Of a DNA stretch of 32,000 nt, positions 8,462-17,741 are shown in pieces (the first letter of the stretch is position 1; each line of letters begins with the position of its first letter). The position numbers and the translations under genes were made by a program. The stretch is from positions 870,001 to 902,000 of the forward strand of contig NC_015913.1 in the NCBI RefSeq assembly GCF_000270205.1, written 5' to 3'. This DNA is from Candidatus Arthromitus sp. SFB-mouse-Japan (GTDB taxonomy: Bacteria > Bacillota > Clostridia > Clostridiales > Clostridiaceae). The notes beneath the pieces were generated by a model, which saw only the letters and a program-made list of their open reading frames with translations, searched no databases and had not been told where the DNA came from.

Positions 8462-9541
8462 TTAAACTTCTATTGGATCTTTCTTAGCAATTGCATTTTT
8501 ATCATTGAATCTCAAAAATCCACAAATATGATCAACCAATTTATTTAATCTTTCAACATCTATATTATTTTCTAAAGTATCTGTTGTTTGATGAATTAGA
8601 TCATCATCATAAGTATCCATAAAGAAAATTGACTGAATTCCATTTTTCTCAAAGGCCATATGATCACTAGTATAGTTTCTAATTTTTGTGTCTTTATTAA
8701 TAGCCTCACCTGTTGTATCCATATATTGAAAAATTAGTGGAGATAACTCTGGAGATCTTTTATCACTACTATAAACAATGAGAGGAGACCCATTCTTTAC
8801 TCCAACGCAATCTATATTTATATTGTAAATATTTTTATATCTATCTTTTATATCATTAATCAATGCTCTTGAACCAATATATCCTATTTCTTCATGATTA
8901 ACTGCTGCTACTATTATATCTGTTTCAAATGGAGTTTCCTTTGACATTTCTTTAATCTTATGTGCAATTCTTAAAAGTACTGCTGTACCAGAAGCATTAT
9001 CTACTGCACCAGGATGAATTGTTTTATCATCTTTTGGGTTAAATCCTCTACCAATATGATCAAAGTGTGCTGTAATTACTACTGCTTTACTCTTTTCACT
9101 ATGATTAGTACCTTTTATCAATCCAACAACATTACTTTTTTCACCATCTGGGTCAATAATTTTGTAAGCATTAATGTTACTTTTAAATTTGTATTTATGC
9201 AAATATGTATCCTTAAATAAATAATCTAAACCTATATTTTCAAATTGAGAGTTTAAATATTCTACAGCTTTATCATTACCATCAGTATCGCTTGCTCTTC
9301 CCTTAAATTCTTCTGAGGTTAATATCTGAATAATTTTTTCAGTTTCATCTATTAAATCAGGATTTTGAACTGGAGCATTATCTGATTCATTAAACTCATT
9401 TTTAAGTGGAATAGCTTCTGAAAGAGCCCCTGTTCCTTGATAAATTTCTTTAAAATTATCTGGATTTTTTATACATGAGCTCGTACTAAATAAAATGACA
9501 AACGCAAGTAATAAGACTTTCATTTTTTTAAATAATTTCAT
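8462..9541 (-). CDS. M28-family zinc aminopeptidase, a predicted lipoprotein.
   Basis: The signal peptide carries a lipobox (LFSTSSC). M28 metal-binding blocks are present: ITAHFDHIG, GAVDNASGTAVLL and NHEEIGYIGS. Confidence 0.8.
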   Translation of the reverse strand: MKLFKKMKVLLLAFVILFSTSSCIKNPDNFKEIYQGTGALSEAIPLKNEFNESDNAPVQNPDLIDETEKIIQILTSEEFKGRASDTDGNDKAVEYLNSQFENIGLDYLFKDTYLHKYKFKSNINAYKIIDPDGEKSNVVGLIKGTNHSEKSKAVVITAHFDHIGRGFNPKDDKTIHPGAVDNASGTAVLLRIAHKIKEMSKETPFETDIIVAAVNHEEIGYIGSRALINDIKDRYKNIYNINIDCVGVKNGSPLIVYSSDKRSPELSPLIFQYMDTTGEAINKDTKIRNYTSDHMAFEKNGIQSIFFMDTYDDDLIHQTTDTLENNIDVERLNKLVDHICGFLRFNDKNAIAKKDPIEV

Positions 9542-9588
9542 AATTTTAAAATATTACCTCCAAAACTTATCAAAATATCATATTCAAC

Positions 9589-9618
9589 ATTATATCATTT
9601 TTTACATTTAATTCACAA
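9589..9618 (-). promoter_or_regulatory. Putative sigma-A-type promoter for the M28 peptidase gene.
   Basis: On the minus strand, TTGTGA (9618-9613), an 18-nt spacer and TATAAT (9594-9589) lie about 45 nt upstream of the ATG. Confidence 0.35.
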
Positions 9619-9937
9619 TATATCATAAAATTTATTTAAAAATAAATTCTCTTATTTTAAAGTTTTGATTTTTTAACTTATTATATTCCTCTTTTTATAC
9701 TGATTTACAGTATATTTCGTATTAAGATTGATATAATTTATACCTGAATTGCCATTATTTTTAACTGAACACTACTACATCATATTTTACTAGAATCAGT
9801 ACCTTTTTAATATAAAAGTCCACTCCTTCCATACATATAAAATGCAGATATAGTATCTGGTTCAAACTTAATGCTCCGTCCAATTCCAGCTTTAAATTTC
9901 TGTTCCAACTTTCATACTATTGGCAACTCGCATAATT

Positions 9938-10447
9938 TTATTCTTTCTTTTGTATCAACAAAATTCCAATGATTGCCACAATAAAGATAATCGGTGATAC
10001 TCTAACAAACATCCATTCTAATGAATGAAATGCCACCCCAAGGACAGCAGTTTCTGGCTCACTATAATTCCACCCCAAATAAGAACTTTCCAATAACAAT
10101 AATATTGCAAAAATTATTACTATAATTGCACATAACGAAATAAGTCCACAATGAATAATTTTTCTTATCGTGCTTTTCTTTTGTGCTAGTTGTAAGTTTA
10201 TCACTTCCAATTTTTCTGAAATAACTTTTAAGGTATCAGCTTCTATTTCAGTAATAGTTTCTCCTAACAATGTACTTACAGATATTTCAAAAACTTCCGA
10301 TAAGGAGATTAACATATCGGAATCAGGAACTGACAGTCCTTTCTCCCATTTGGAAACTGTTTGTCGTACCACATTTAATTTAACAGCAAGCTCCTGTTGT
10401 GAAAACCCTTTTGATTTCCTAATTACTTTAATATTTTCATTAAGCAT
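9938..10447 (-). CDS. Membrane-anchored XRE-family transcriptional regulator.
   Basis: The N-terminal HTH_3 region reads IRKSKGFSQQELAVKLNVVRQTVSKWEKGLSVPDSDMLISLSEVF. Two C-terminal hydrophobic segments follow: IIHCGLISLCAIIVIIFAILLLL and VSPIIFIVAIIGILLI. Confidence 0.75.
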   Translation of the reverse strand: MLNENIKVIRKSKGFSQQELAVKLNVVRQTVSKWEKGLSVPDSDMLISLSEVFEISVSTLLGETITEIEADTLKVISEKLEVINLQLAQKKSTIRKIIHCGLISLCAIIVIIFAILLLLESSYLGWNYSEPETAVLGVAFHSLEWMFVRVSPIIFIVAIIGILLIQKKE

Positions 10448-10470
10448 ATGAAAAAAGTCTCCTTTCTTTC

Positions 10471-10483
10471 AGTTGTTACAACT
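10471..10483. promoter_or_regulatory. Candidate auto-operator palindrome AGTTGT-T-ACAACT upstream of the XRE-TM gene.
   Basis: A perfect 6+6 inverted repeat lies about 25 nt upstream of the start codon, between a TATAAT-like element and the SD. Confidence 0.25.
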
Positions 10484-10548
10484 ATTATAAGAAAAACCTA
10501 CCATTACTACAAGCAACGTAAATTAACATTGACTTTTTGTATCAAACT

Positions 10549-10594
10549 AAAAGAGAAAAAAGCTTTTGCTCACATTAAATGAGCAAAAGCTTTT
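10549..10594 (-). terminator. Rho-independent terminator after the amidase gene.
   Basis: A 15-bp perfect stem (10558-10572 / 10580-10594) with a 7-nt loop overlaps the stop codon. A T-rich tail, TTTTTCTCTTTT, follows on the minus strand. Confidence 0.65.
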
Positions 10595-11261
10595 ATTTTA
10601 AATATATATTTTTAAACTCATCGCTATCAGCTATACGTTTTAGCATATCTCCATAACTTAACCCATTTTCCAATTCGTCATTCCAAAATTTCAATCCCTC
10701 GTCATCGGGCTCTCGCTTAAATAAATTTTCATATAATAATCGTATAAATCTTGTATAATTAGTTGAACTATAGTCCATATTTTCTATATCCTTTTTAAAT
10801 TTTTTCCACTTCTCCCAGTTATTTTCTCTCATCGACAATGGACATATTTTTCTGCTGGCGTCATAATGCCTAACAACACACTCAAGCGGAATATTATATT
10901 TATCCATTTGATATTTGGTCAACTTAAGTGTATTATTGTAAATTTTTTCATAATTACCATCAGAATTAACGCACATCTCTATTCCAATACTATTTTCATT
11001 TGTAATTCCGTATTTTCCATGTCCATCACCACAATGAAAAGATTTATCTGAGTCTTTAACAATTCTTAAAATTTGAGTATCATCTATGAAATAATGTGCA
11101 GATGCATCTCTATACTCTGAATTAAAAAAATGATAATGAGCATCAGCATTTGCTCCAACACTAGTATTATCTGTATCGTGTATTACTAAATACTTAATTT
11201 TTTCTCCATTCCTCGAGGAAAAATTATATTTAATTAACTTTTCATTAATCTTGATTTCCAT
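10593..11261 (-). CDS. N-acetylmuramoyl-L-alanine amidase (Amidase_2/PGRP fold) with a DUF4214-like C-terminal domain.
   Basis: The sequence YLVIHDT...AHYFIDD...IGIEMC...VVRHYDASRKICP is typical of a zinc amidase of the T7-lysozyme/PGRP type. The C-terminal FIRLLYENLFKREPDDEGLKFWNDELENGLSYGDMLKRIADSDEF fits the DUF4214 pattern. No signal peptide is present. Confidence 0.85.
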   Translation of the reverse strand: MEIKINEKLIKYNFSSRNGEKIKYLVIHDTDNTSVGANADAHYHFFNSEYRDASAHYFIDDTQILRIVKDSDKSFHCGDGHGKYGITNENSIGIEMCVNSDGNYEKIYNNTLKLTKYQMDKYNIPLECVVRHYDASRKICPLSMRENNWEKWKKFKKDIENMDYSSTNYTRFIRLLYENLFKREPDDEGLKFWNDELENGLSYGDMLKRIADSDEFKNIYLK

Positions 11262-11331
11262 TCAAATCATCCTTTGATTGTTAAATTAATTTTTAATTAG
11301 TAATATATACAAAATTCCTTCAAATTGTTAC

Positions 11332-11365
11332 AAAAAAACCTTAAGATATATAATACCTTAAGGTT
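11332..11365 (-). terminator. Rho-independent terminator after phoU.
   Basis: The stem aaccttaag/cttaaggtt is followed on the minus strand by T7. Confidence 0.6.
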
Positions 11366-11376
11366 TAAACATTAAA

Positions 11377-12033
11377 TTATTTATTTAATCTTCTTTTAAA
11401 AAACTCACCGGACTTTAAATACATAATATTTTCACAAATATTATTTATATGGTCTCCTGCTCTTTCAAAATATTTAATAACAAATAAGGTTTGAACTGCT
11501 ATATTATTTGTAATTTTGCCTGAGTTCATTTTTTCCATAGTATTTGAAAAGACTTTAGTATACTCATCATCAATTGCTTCATCACTCTCGTATATTTCAA
11601 TAGCCTTTTTCTTATTATTATCAACATAAGCTTGAATTACTTCTTTGACCATTTTCTTAATTATGCTTGAAAAATAGTCTGATATTTCAGAATCAATATT
11701 TTCATTCTCAGGTATATACATAGATACTTTTGCTAGATCTACAGCATAATCACCTATACGCTCTAAATCCTGGATTATTTTTATTGTTGTAAATAGTCTC
11801 CTCAAATCACTTGCAAGCGGATTCTGAGTCGCAATTAATTTTAAACACTTATATTCCATTTCTTCTTTAAGAAAATCTATATTATCATCATTTTCAATAA
11901 TTAATTTTGCTAACTCACTATCCTTAGTTCTTAAAACTTTCTCTGATTTTTCGAACTGTTCTATAACAAGATCTCCTAATTTCAATAGAGCTTCATTTAA
12001 CTCATCTAAAACTCTTCTAAATTTTATGCGCAT
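11377..12033 (-). CDS. phoU: Phosphate signalling complex protein PhoU.
   Basis: The 218-aa protein has two PhoU repeats carrying the D..ERIGD and FERAGDH motifs. It is the last gene of the pst operon. Confidence 0.9.
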   Translation of the reverse strand: MRIKFRRVLDELNEALLKLGDLVIEQFEKSEKVLRTKDSELAKLIIENDDNIDFLKEEMEYKCLKLIATQNPLASDLRRLFTTIKIIQDLERIGDYAVDLAKVSMYIPENENIDSEISDYFSSIIKKMVKEVIQAYVDNNKKKAIEIYESDEAIDDEYTKVFSNTMEKMNSGKITNNIAVQTLFVIKYFERAGDHINNICENIMYLKSGEFFKRRLNK

Positions 12034-12051
12034 AACAATCCTCCTAAAATT

Positions 12052-12804
12052 CTATCCAAATCTTCCCGTGATATAGTCTTCCGTAAGTTTATTAGCCGGA
12101 TTTTGGAATATTTTTTCAGTCTTATCCATTTCTTCAAGTTTACCATTCAAAAAAAATGCTGTGTAATCAGAAATTCTTCCGGCTTGTTGCATATTATGAG
12201 TAACTATAACAATAGTATATTTCTTTCTAAGTTTAACTAACAATTCCTCTATTTTTATAGTCGAAATTGGATCTAATGCCGAAGTTGGTTCATCCATTAA
12301 AATTATTTTTGGCTGAGTAGCCAAACATCTTGCGATACATAATCTTTGTTGTTGTCCTCCAGACAAATTATAAGCACTTTTCTTTAAGTCATCTTTAACT
12401 TCATCCCAAAGTGCCACATCTTTTAATGTAGTTTCAACCAATTCGTCCAATATACTCTTATCTTTTATTCCATAATTTCTAGGGGCAAAAGCTATATTAT
12501 CGTAAATAGATTTAGGAAATGGGTTTGGTTTTTGAAAAACTAATCCAACCTCTTTACGAAGAAGAACAACATCTTGATCTTTTATATCTTTGCCATCTAA
12601 AAGTATATTGCCAGTATATCTGGCATAATCAAACATTTCATTCATTCTATTTAAATTTCTTAAAAACGTAGATTTACCACATCCTGAAGGCCCAATAAGA
12701 GCTGTAACCTTATTTTCATATATATCAATATTTATTTCAAATAAGGTTTGTTTTTCTCCATAAAAAAAATCTAAGTTTTCAACTTTTATAATAGCTTTTT
12801 TCAT
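12052..12804 (-). CDS. pstB: Phosphate ABC transporter ATP-binding protein.
   Basis: It has Walker [10 protein letters not shown], the signature [13 protein letters not shown] and Walker [12 protein letters not shown], with a PstB-typical length. Confidence 0.95.
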   Translation of the reverse strand: MKKAIIKVENLDFFYGEKQTLFEINIDIYENKVTALIGPSGCGKSTFLRNLNRMNEMFDYARYTGNILLDGKDIKDQDVVLLRKEVGLVFQKPNPFPKSIYDNIAFAPRNYGIKDKSILDELVETTLKDVALWDEVKDDLKKSAYNLSGGQQQRLCIARCLATQPKIILMDEPTSALDPISTIKIEELLVKLRKKYTIVIVTHNMQQAGRISDYTAFFLNGKLEEMDKTEKIFQNPANKLTEDYITGRFG

Positions 12805-12825
12805 TAAATATTAATCCCCTATCTT

Positions 12826-13713
12826 TTAATCATATTTTTTTTCGAATTTTTTCCTTATAATAATTGCTACGATATTAAATGCTAAAACGATCAATAACAA
12901 AATAATTATTCCTGACGATGCTAAATACTGAAATTCAATTTCTGGTCTTGAAGTCCAATTGTATATTTGTATAGGCAAAACTGTAAATCCATCGAATAAA
13001 CTTACAGGTATAAATCTTATAAAAGTTGCTGCTCCAACCACAATAAGTGGAGATGCCTCACCAATAGCACGAGCAAGAGATAAAACTATTCCAGTAACTA
13101 TATTGGATAGAGCACACGGAAGAACTACACCTCTAATAGCTTTCCATTTTGATACACCAAGTGCTAAAGCTCCTTCATAAAATGAATACGGTACAGCCCT
13201 AAATGCCTCTTGTGAAGAAATTATTATTGGTGATAAAACCAACAAGGAAAGCGTTAATGCTCCTGATAATATACTTGATCCAAACATAAATAATTTTACA
13301 AAAACCCCAAGACCAAGTATACCGTATACAATAGCAGGAACACCCGCTAGGTTTTGAATATTTAATTTAATGAAATTTGTAATCTTTGATGGTTTAGCAT
13401 ACAATTCCAAATAAATAGCTGTACCAATTCCAAATGGTATAGAAATTACTGCAGTCAAAACTAATATATATATGCTTCCAACAATTGCTGGTGCTATCCC
13501 AGCTTTTAAAGGTCTACTGGATGGAAAGTTCGTTATAAACTCCCAATTTAAATTTTTTAATCCATTTGAAAAAATCTGAACTAATAAAGCAATTAGAAAA
13601 AATATTCCTATACCCGTTGCAATTAAAGTTACGGTTTTTAGCATTTTATCTTTAGCTTCTCTTTTCTTGAGATTATTTTTTATAAGTTCCCTATCATATA
13701 ATTCACTTTTCAT
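12826..13713 (-). CDS. pstA: Phosphate ABC transporter permease PstA.
   Basis: This polytopic permease carries the EAA-type loop ALALGVSKWKAIRGVVLP and sits in the expected operon position. Confidence 0.9.
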   Translation of the reverse strand: MKSELYDRELIKNNLKKREAKDKMLKTVTLIATGIGIFFLIALLVQIFSNGLKNLNWEFITNFPSSRPLKAGIAPAIVGSIYILVLTAVISIPFGIGTAIYLELYAKPSKITNFIKLNIQNLAGVPAIVYGILGLGVFVKLFMFGSSILSGALTLSLLVLSPIIISSQEAFRAVPYSFYEGALALGVSKWKAIRGVVLPCALSNIVTGIVLSLARAIGEASPLIVVGAATFIRFIPVSLFDGFTVLPIQIYNWTSRPEIEFQYLASSGIIILLLIVLAFNIVAIIIRKKFEKKYD

Positions 13714-13732
13714 TATTTACCCGCTTTCATTC

Positions 13733-14599
13733 CTAAAACTTATATTTATTTTTGTTTATAATTCTACGAGCTATAATATTTAAAATTAATGTAATTAAAA
13801 ACAATACAGCTCCACAAACAAAAATAGTTTTATATTCAATAGAATCAAAAGATACATCTCCCATACTAACATTAGCCATATAAGTAGTTAATGTTTGAAC
13901 ACTCTTTAACGGATTAACATTAAAAAGTGGATTACTTCCAGATGCAATTGCAACAATCATTGTTTCACCTATCGCACGGGAAATAGCTAAAATAAATGAC
14001 GATATAATTCCTGATTTAGCTGCTGGAATTAAAACTTTAGTTGTAACTTCATATTTTGTACTACCAAGAGCATAAGCCCCTCTTTTTATTGAGCCAGGTA
14101 CACTTCTTAATGCATCCTCACTCAGTGATGCAATCATAGGAATAATCATTATACCTATAGCAATACCAGCACTTAATGCATTGTATATCTCCAAATTATG
14201 TATAAATAATTTTAATATAGGTGTGATAAAAGTTAGTGCAAAAAATCCATAAACAACAGATGGAATAAATGCCAATGCCTCTAAAACAGGTTTTAAAAAA
14301 CCACGAACTTTTTTAGATACATATTCACTTAAATAAATTGAAATTAAAAGTCCTATAGGTATTGCTATTAAACATGAAATAACAGCTATCATTATAGTCC
14401 CAATTATTAAAGTCATAATATTATAAGTAGGTGTACTTAAAAGTGGATTCCATGAATTTCCTTTAAACAATTCAAAGAAACTCACCTCTTTAAAAAAATC
14501 TTTAGCTTCAAATAATAATAGAAAAACTATAACTATTGTTATAAAAATTGAAATAAAGGCAAATAATTTTAAAAGACTTTCTATAAACTTCTCCTTCAC
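13733..14599 (-). CDS. pstC: Phosphate ABC transporter permease PstC.
   Basis: This polytopic permease carries the loop AYALGSTKYEVTTKVLIPAAKSG and sits in the expected operon position. Confidence 0.9.
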   Translation of the reverse strand: MKEKFIESLLKLFAFISIFITIVIVFLLLFEAKDFFKEVSFFELFKGNSWNPLLSTPTYNIMTLIIGTIMIAVISCLIAIPIGLLISIYLSEYVSKKVRGFLKPVLEALAFIPSVVYGFFALTFITPILKLFIHNLEIYNALSAGIAIGIMIIPMIASLSEDALRSVPGSIKRGAYALGSTKYEVTTKVLIPAAKSGIISSFILAISRAIGETMIVAIASGSNPLFNVNPLKSVQTLTTYMANVSMGDVSFDSIEYKTIFVCGAVLFLITLILNIIARRIINKNKYKF

Positions 14600-14657
14600 T
14601 AAAATAAAACCTCCAAACCAATATTAAATTACTTAAATGTACAATTATATTTAAAAA

Positions 14658-15569
14658 TTATTTTAAATTCTTTAATTGATCCTCGTAATCCTTATCTGAT
14701 AGTCTGACTAAATTAACTTCCTCAGAAAGAGTACCAGAATTTAAAAGATAAAATTTAAGAAATTCATTTATTTCTTCCCTATCAAGATCATTTTTATCAA
14801 AATATATTCTGAGAGGTCTCGATAATAAATAACTTTCATCATTTATAGTTTGCATAGAAGGTATAACATTATCAATAGATAGTAAATTAATCTTATCTTT
14901 ATTCGATTCGTAGTAACTATAACCAAAATATCCTATTGAATACTTATCACCACTTATCCCTTTAACCAAAATATTATCATCTTCACTAACTATAGCATCT
15001 TCCCTTTGAACTTTAGCCTTACCATTTACAACCTCAGTAAAAAATTCAAAAGTTCCAGATGCTGTACCTGGTGTATAAACCTTTATTAATTCATTTGGAA
15101 ATCCTTCCCTTACATCACTCCAATATAACGCAGGATTATCATATCTAAAAATATGAGAAAGCTCTTCTTTAGTTAAATTTGTCACAAAATCATTATCTTT
15201 ACTAACAATAACCGATATTCCATCATTTGCTACAATTAATTCCTGAGCATCAATTCCATTATTTTTAGCTTGCTCTAATTCTGAATCTTTAATCTTTCTA
15301 GAAGCATTAACTATATCTATTTCACCTTCTATAAATTTTTTCATTCCTCCACCAGTTCCAGATTCAGCTATAGATATCCTAATCTTTGGATTAACTATGG
15401 AAAATTCTTCAGCTACTATCTCTGTAATTGGATAAACTGTTGATGATCCATCAATTACAATATTGCCACGCAAACTGGATTTATTTTGATTGTTACTTGC
15501 ACAAGAAACAAACGAAAATAAACACAATGCCAAACCTAAATTTAATAATTTAAAGATTCCTTTGCTCAT
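14658..15569 (-). CDS. pstS: Phosphate-binding lipoprotein PstS.
   Basis: It has a lipobox (SFVSCAS) and PBP-like blocks IDGSSTVYP and GTGGG. It is the first gene of pstSCAB and has an SD GAGGAG 8 nt upstream. Confidence 0.9.
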   Translation of the reverse strand: MSKGIFKLLNLGLALCLFSFVSCASNNQNKSSLRGNIVIDGSSTVYPITEIVAEEFSIVNPKIRISIAESGTGGGMKKFIEGEIDIVNASRKIKDSELEQAKNNGIDAQELIVANDGISVIVSKDNDFVTNLTKEELSHIFRYDNPALYWSDVREGFPNELIKVYTPGTASGTFEFFTEVVNGKAKVQREDAIVSEDDNILVKGISGDKYSIGYFGYSYYESNKDKINLLSIDNVIPSMQTINDESYLLSRPLRIYFDKNDLDREEINEFLKFYLLNSGTLSEEVNLVRLSDKDYEDQLKNLK

Positions 15570-15756
15570 AAAATTACTCTCCTCAAACTAATCTAATATT
15601 TATTCTAAATTAAATTAGTTAAGTTTATATTTTGTCAATGTTAAATCTATATTAAATATAATAGCCACCTCCAAAAATAGATTTTGAAGATGGCTCAATT
15701 TCTATAAATATATTTATTAGTAATACTCCAACCTAATAAAACATTTCGTTTCCATT

Positions 15757-15803
15757 ATAAAAAAAATGAATAAAGTAGAGCAATTGACTTACTCTACTTT
15801 ATT
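15757..15803 (-). terminator. Rho-independent terminator at the end of the histidine kinase gene.
   Basis: A 12-bp perfect stem aataaagtagag/ctctactttatt (the distal arm is inside the 3' coding end) is followed on the minus strand by CATTTTTTTT. Confidence 0.5.
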
Positions 15804-17012
15804 TTTAGGAATATTAACTTTAAATGTCACACCTTTATCTTCATTATTAAAAACCTCAAGATTGCCAGAAATCTTTTTGACAGCACCATAAACTATGGAC
15901 AAACCTAAACCAGTTCCTCGAAATTTTGTTTTAGAAGTTGGAATTTTATAAAACCTCTTGAATATGTTTTCAATTTCGTTTTTTGGTATTCCAATTCCAT
16001 CATCTGAGAATTTAATACATACATTTTTACTATCCTCTTTGCAAATTATATCTATATTTTCTCCAAAAGAGTGTTTTATAGAATTATCAATTATATTTAA
16101 AAATATTTGCATAATATACTTTTCGCAACTTAAAATTTTAATTCTATCTCCAATAATATTAATATTAATATTATTAGATATCTGAGGAGTAAGTAATTGT
16201 TTAACACTATATAACAACTGCATGATATCTATCTTTTGCTTTGTTATATCATTCTGTGTTTGAATTTCTGAAAAAATAAGTATATCACTTATTAAATTGT
16301 TGAGCCTTATAGCTTCCTTCGATATTATATCATAAAATATTTGTCTATCATTTTCATCCTCAACCTCTTTTAACGTATCAGCAAATCCTATTATAGATGT
16401 TAGAGGTGTTTTTAATTCATGTGTTATATTTGAGATAAATTCTGCACTCATATTATCAATCTTCTTTTGTTCGGTTATATTTTTAAATGTATATACAGTA
16501 AAATTATTATTTATCTTTTTTATATAACACGATATATTAATAAATGAATATTCTTCAGGTATCTCAAAAATAGTATCATTACTAAATTCAAGCAACCATC
16601 TTAAATTAGTTTCTTTAAGTAATTTATTATGTATTTCTTTCAAACTTAAAATATTAAATAATTTACCTAATTCATCATTTACATAATAAATCCTATTTTT
16701 ACTATCTAAAATCAGGACTCCATACTCAAGAATATCTATTGTTCTCTCTAAAACATAATTATCTTCACATAATTTATCATACTTTTTATACACTTTATTA
16801 AACTTAAGCTTTATCAAATCTAATATATTTTCTAATCTAAAACTTTTTTTATTGGCCATATTAACAAGTGATTCTAAATAATCATTAGAATTAATTGTTA
16901 AAATATTTAACAAATTACGCTTAATTCTATTATTAAACTTTAGAACCCAAATAGACATACTTAAAATTAGTATTAATAAGAAAACTATCAATATTAAATT
17001 AAAATTCTTCAT
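15789..17012 (-). CDS. Sensor histidine kinase, PhoR-like.
   Basis: It has one N-terminal TM segment, the HisKA H-box FISNITHELKTPLTSI and an HATPase_c domain (N box IIDNSIKHS, G boxes DDGIGI and GTGLGLSIV). It overlaps the response regulator gene by 14 nt and lies upstream of pst. Confidence 0.85.
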   Translation of the reverse strand: MKNFNLILIVFLLILILSMSIWVLKFNNRIKRNLLNILTINSNDYLESLVNMANKKSFRLENILDLIKLKFNKVYKKYDKLCEDNYVLERTIDILEYGVLILDSKNRIYYVNDELGKLFNILSLKEIHNKLLKETNLRWLLEFSNDTIFEIPEEYSFINISCYIKKINNNFTVYTFKNITEQKKIDNMSAEFISNITHELKTPLTSIIGFADTLKEVEDENDRQIFYDIISKEAIRLNNLISDILIFSEIQTQNDITKQKIDIMQLLYSVKQLLTPQISNNININIIGDRIKILSCEKYIMQIFLNIIDNSIKHSFGENIDIICKEDSKNVCIKFSDDGIGIPKNEIENIFKRFYKIPTSKTKFRGTGLGLSIVYGAVKKISGNLEVFNNEDKGVTFKVNIPKNKVE

Positions 17013-17718
17013 TATCCTTTAAATTAAATTTATATCCTATTCCTCTCACAGTCTCAATAAATATAGGATTTTTGTCATCATTTTCTATCTTTTTTCTTAA
17101 ATTTCTAACGTGAACATCTACAGTTCTAGTTTCACCTATATAATTGTATCCCCAAATATTATCAAGTATATATTCTCTAGTTAAAACACGTCCATTGCTT
17201 TTTATTAGCATAACTAATAACTCAAATTCTTTAAAAGTCATATCTAGCTTTCTGCCTTTTTTATATACTTCTCTCTTTTTTAAATCTAACAATATATCAC
17301 CAAATTTGAAATCATAAGATAAGTTAATTCTACTTATATTCAATTTTTCCATTCTTCTAAATACAGCTTTTATTCGAGCAATTACTTCATTTATGGAAAA
17401 CGGTTTACAAATATAATCATCTGCTCCAAGATCTAGTGCTAAAATTTTATCAAACTCTCTATTTTTTGAAGAAACTATTATTATCGGTATTTTATTAGTA
17501 TTCTCATTAGTAGATAACTCATTACATATTTCAAAACCATCTTTTTCAGTTAGCATTAAGTCAAGCAATATCAATTCGGGTCTAAATTCTGTTACAACAT
17601 TAATTATATCTAATCCATCTAAAGTACATTTTACATCAAATCCATTTTTTGTCAAATTATATCTTAATAATTCAGCAATATTTAATTCATCTTCAATAAT
17701 TAAAATCTTTTTACCCAT
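16999..17718 (-). CDS. OmpR/PhoB-family response regulator, PhoP/PhoB-like.
   Basis: It has a receiver domain (KILIIEDE, LILLDLMLTEKDG with the phospho-acceptor Asp, and K in CKPF) and a winged-helix C-terminus (TVDVHVRNLRKKI, VRGIGYKF). I moved the start to ATG 17718, downstream of the SD AGAGGA. Confidence 0.9.
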   Translation of the reverse strand: MGKKILIIEDELNIAELLRYNLTKNGFDVKCTLDGLDIINVVTEFRPELILLDLMLTEKDGFEICNELSTNENTNKIPIIIVSSKNREFDKILALDLGADDYICKPFSINEVIARIKAVFRRMEKLNISRINLSYDFKFGDILLDLKKREVYKKGRKLDMTFKEFELLVMLIKSNGRVLTREYILDNIWGYNYIGETRTVDVHVRNLRKKIENDDKNPIFIETVRGIGYKFNLKDNEEF

Positions 17719-17741
17719 AATCACTTAATCCTCTGTAAAGT

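Noticed and set aside
9859-9867. GGTTCAAAC resembles a tRNA T-loop.
   Set aside because: The flanking bases cannot form a T-stem, and no acceptor or anticodon arms can be drawn on either strand.
9807-9937. Short open frames lie downstream of the XRE-TM gene (MRVANSMKVGTEI* and ...KFKAGIGRSIKFEPDTISAFYMYGRSGLLY*). Their base composition looks slightly more like coding sequence, so they could be a decayed gene.
   Set aside because: They are too short, interrupted, and have no motif I can recognise. I cannot support a call from the sequence alone.
15600-15650. I looked for Pho-box-like TTAACA/TTAACT repeats and a TTGACA -35 upstream of pstS.
   Set aside because: The two TTAAC(A/T) hexamers are 22 bp apart, the intermediate 11-bp position is not box-like, and the -10 partner of TTGACA is poor (ATTTAA). 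This is suggestive of PhoP-type control but too weak to annotate.
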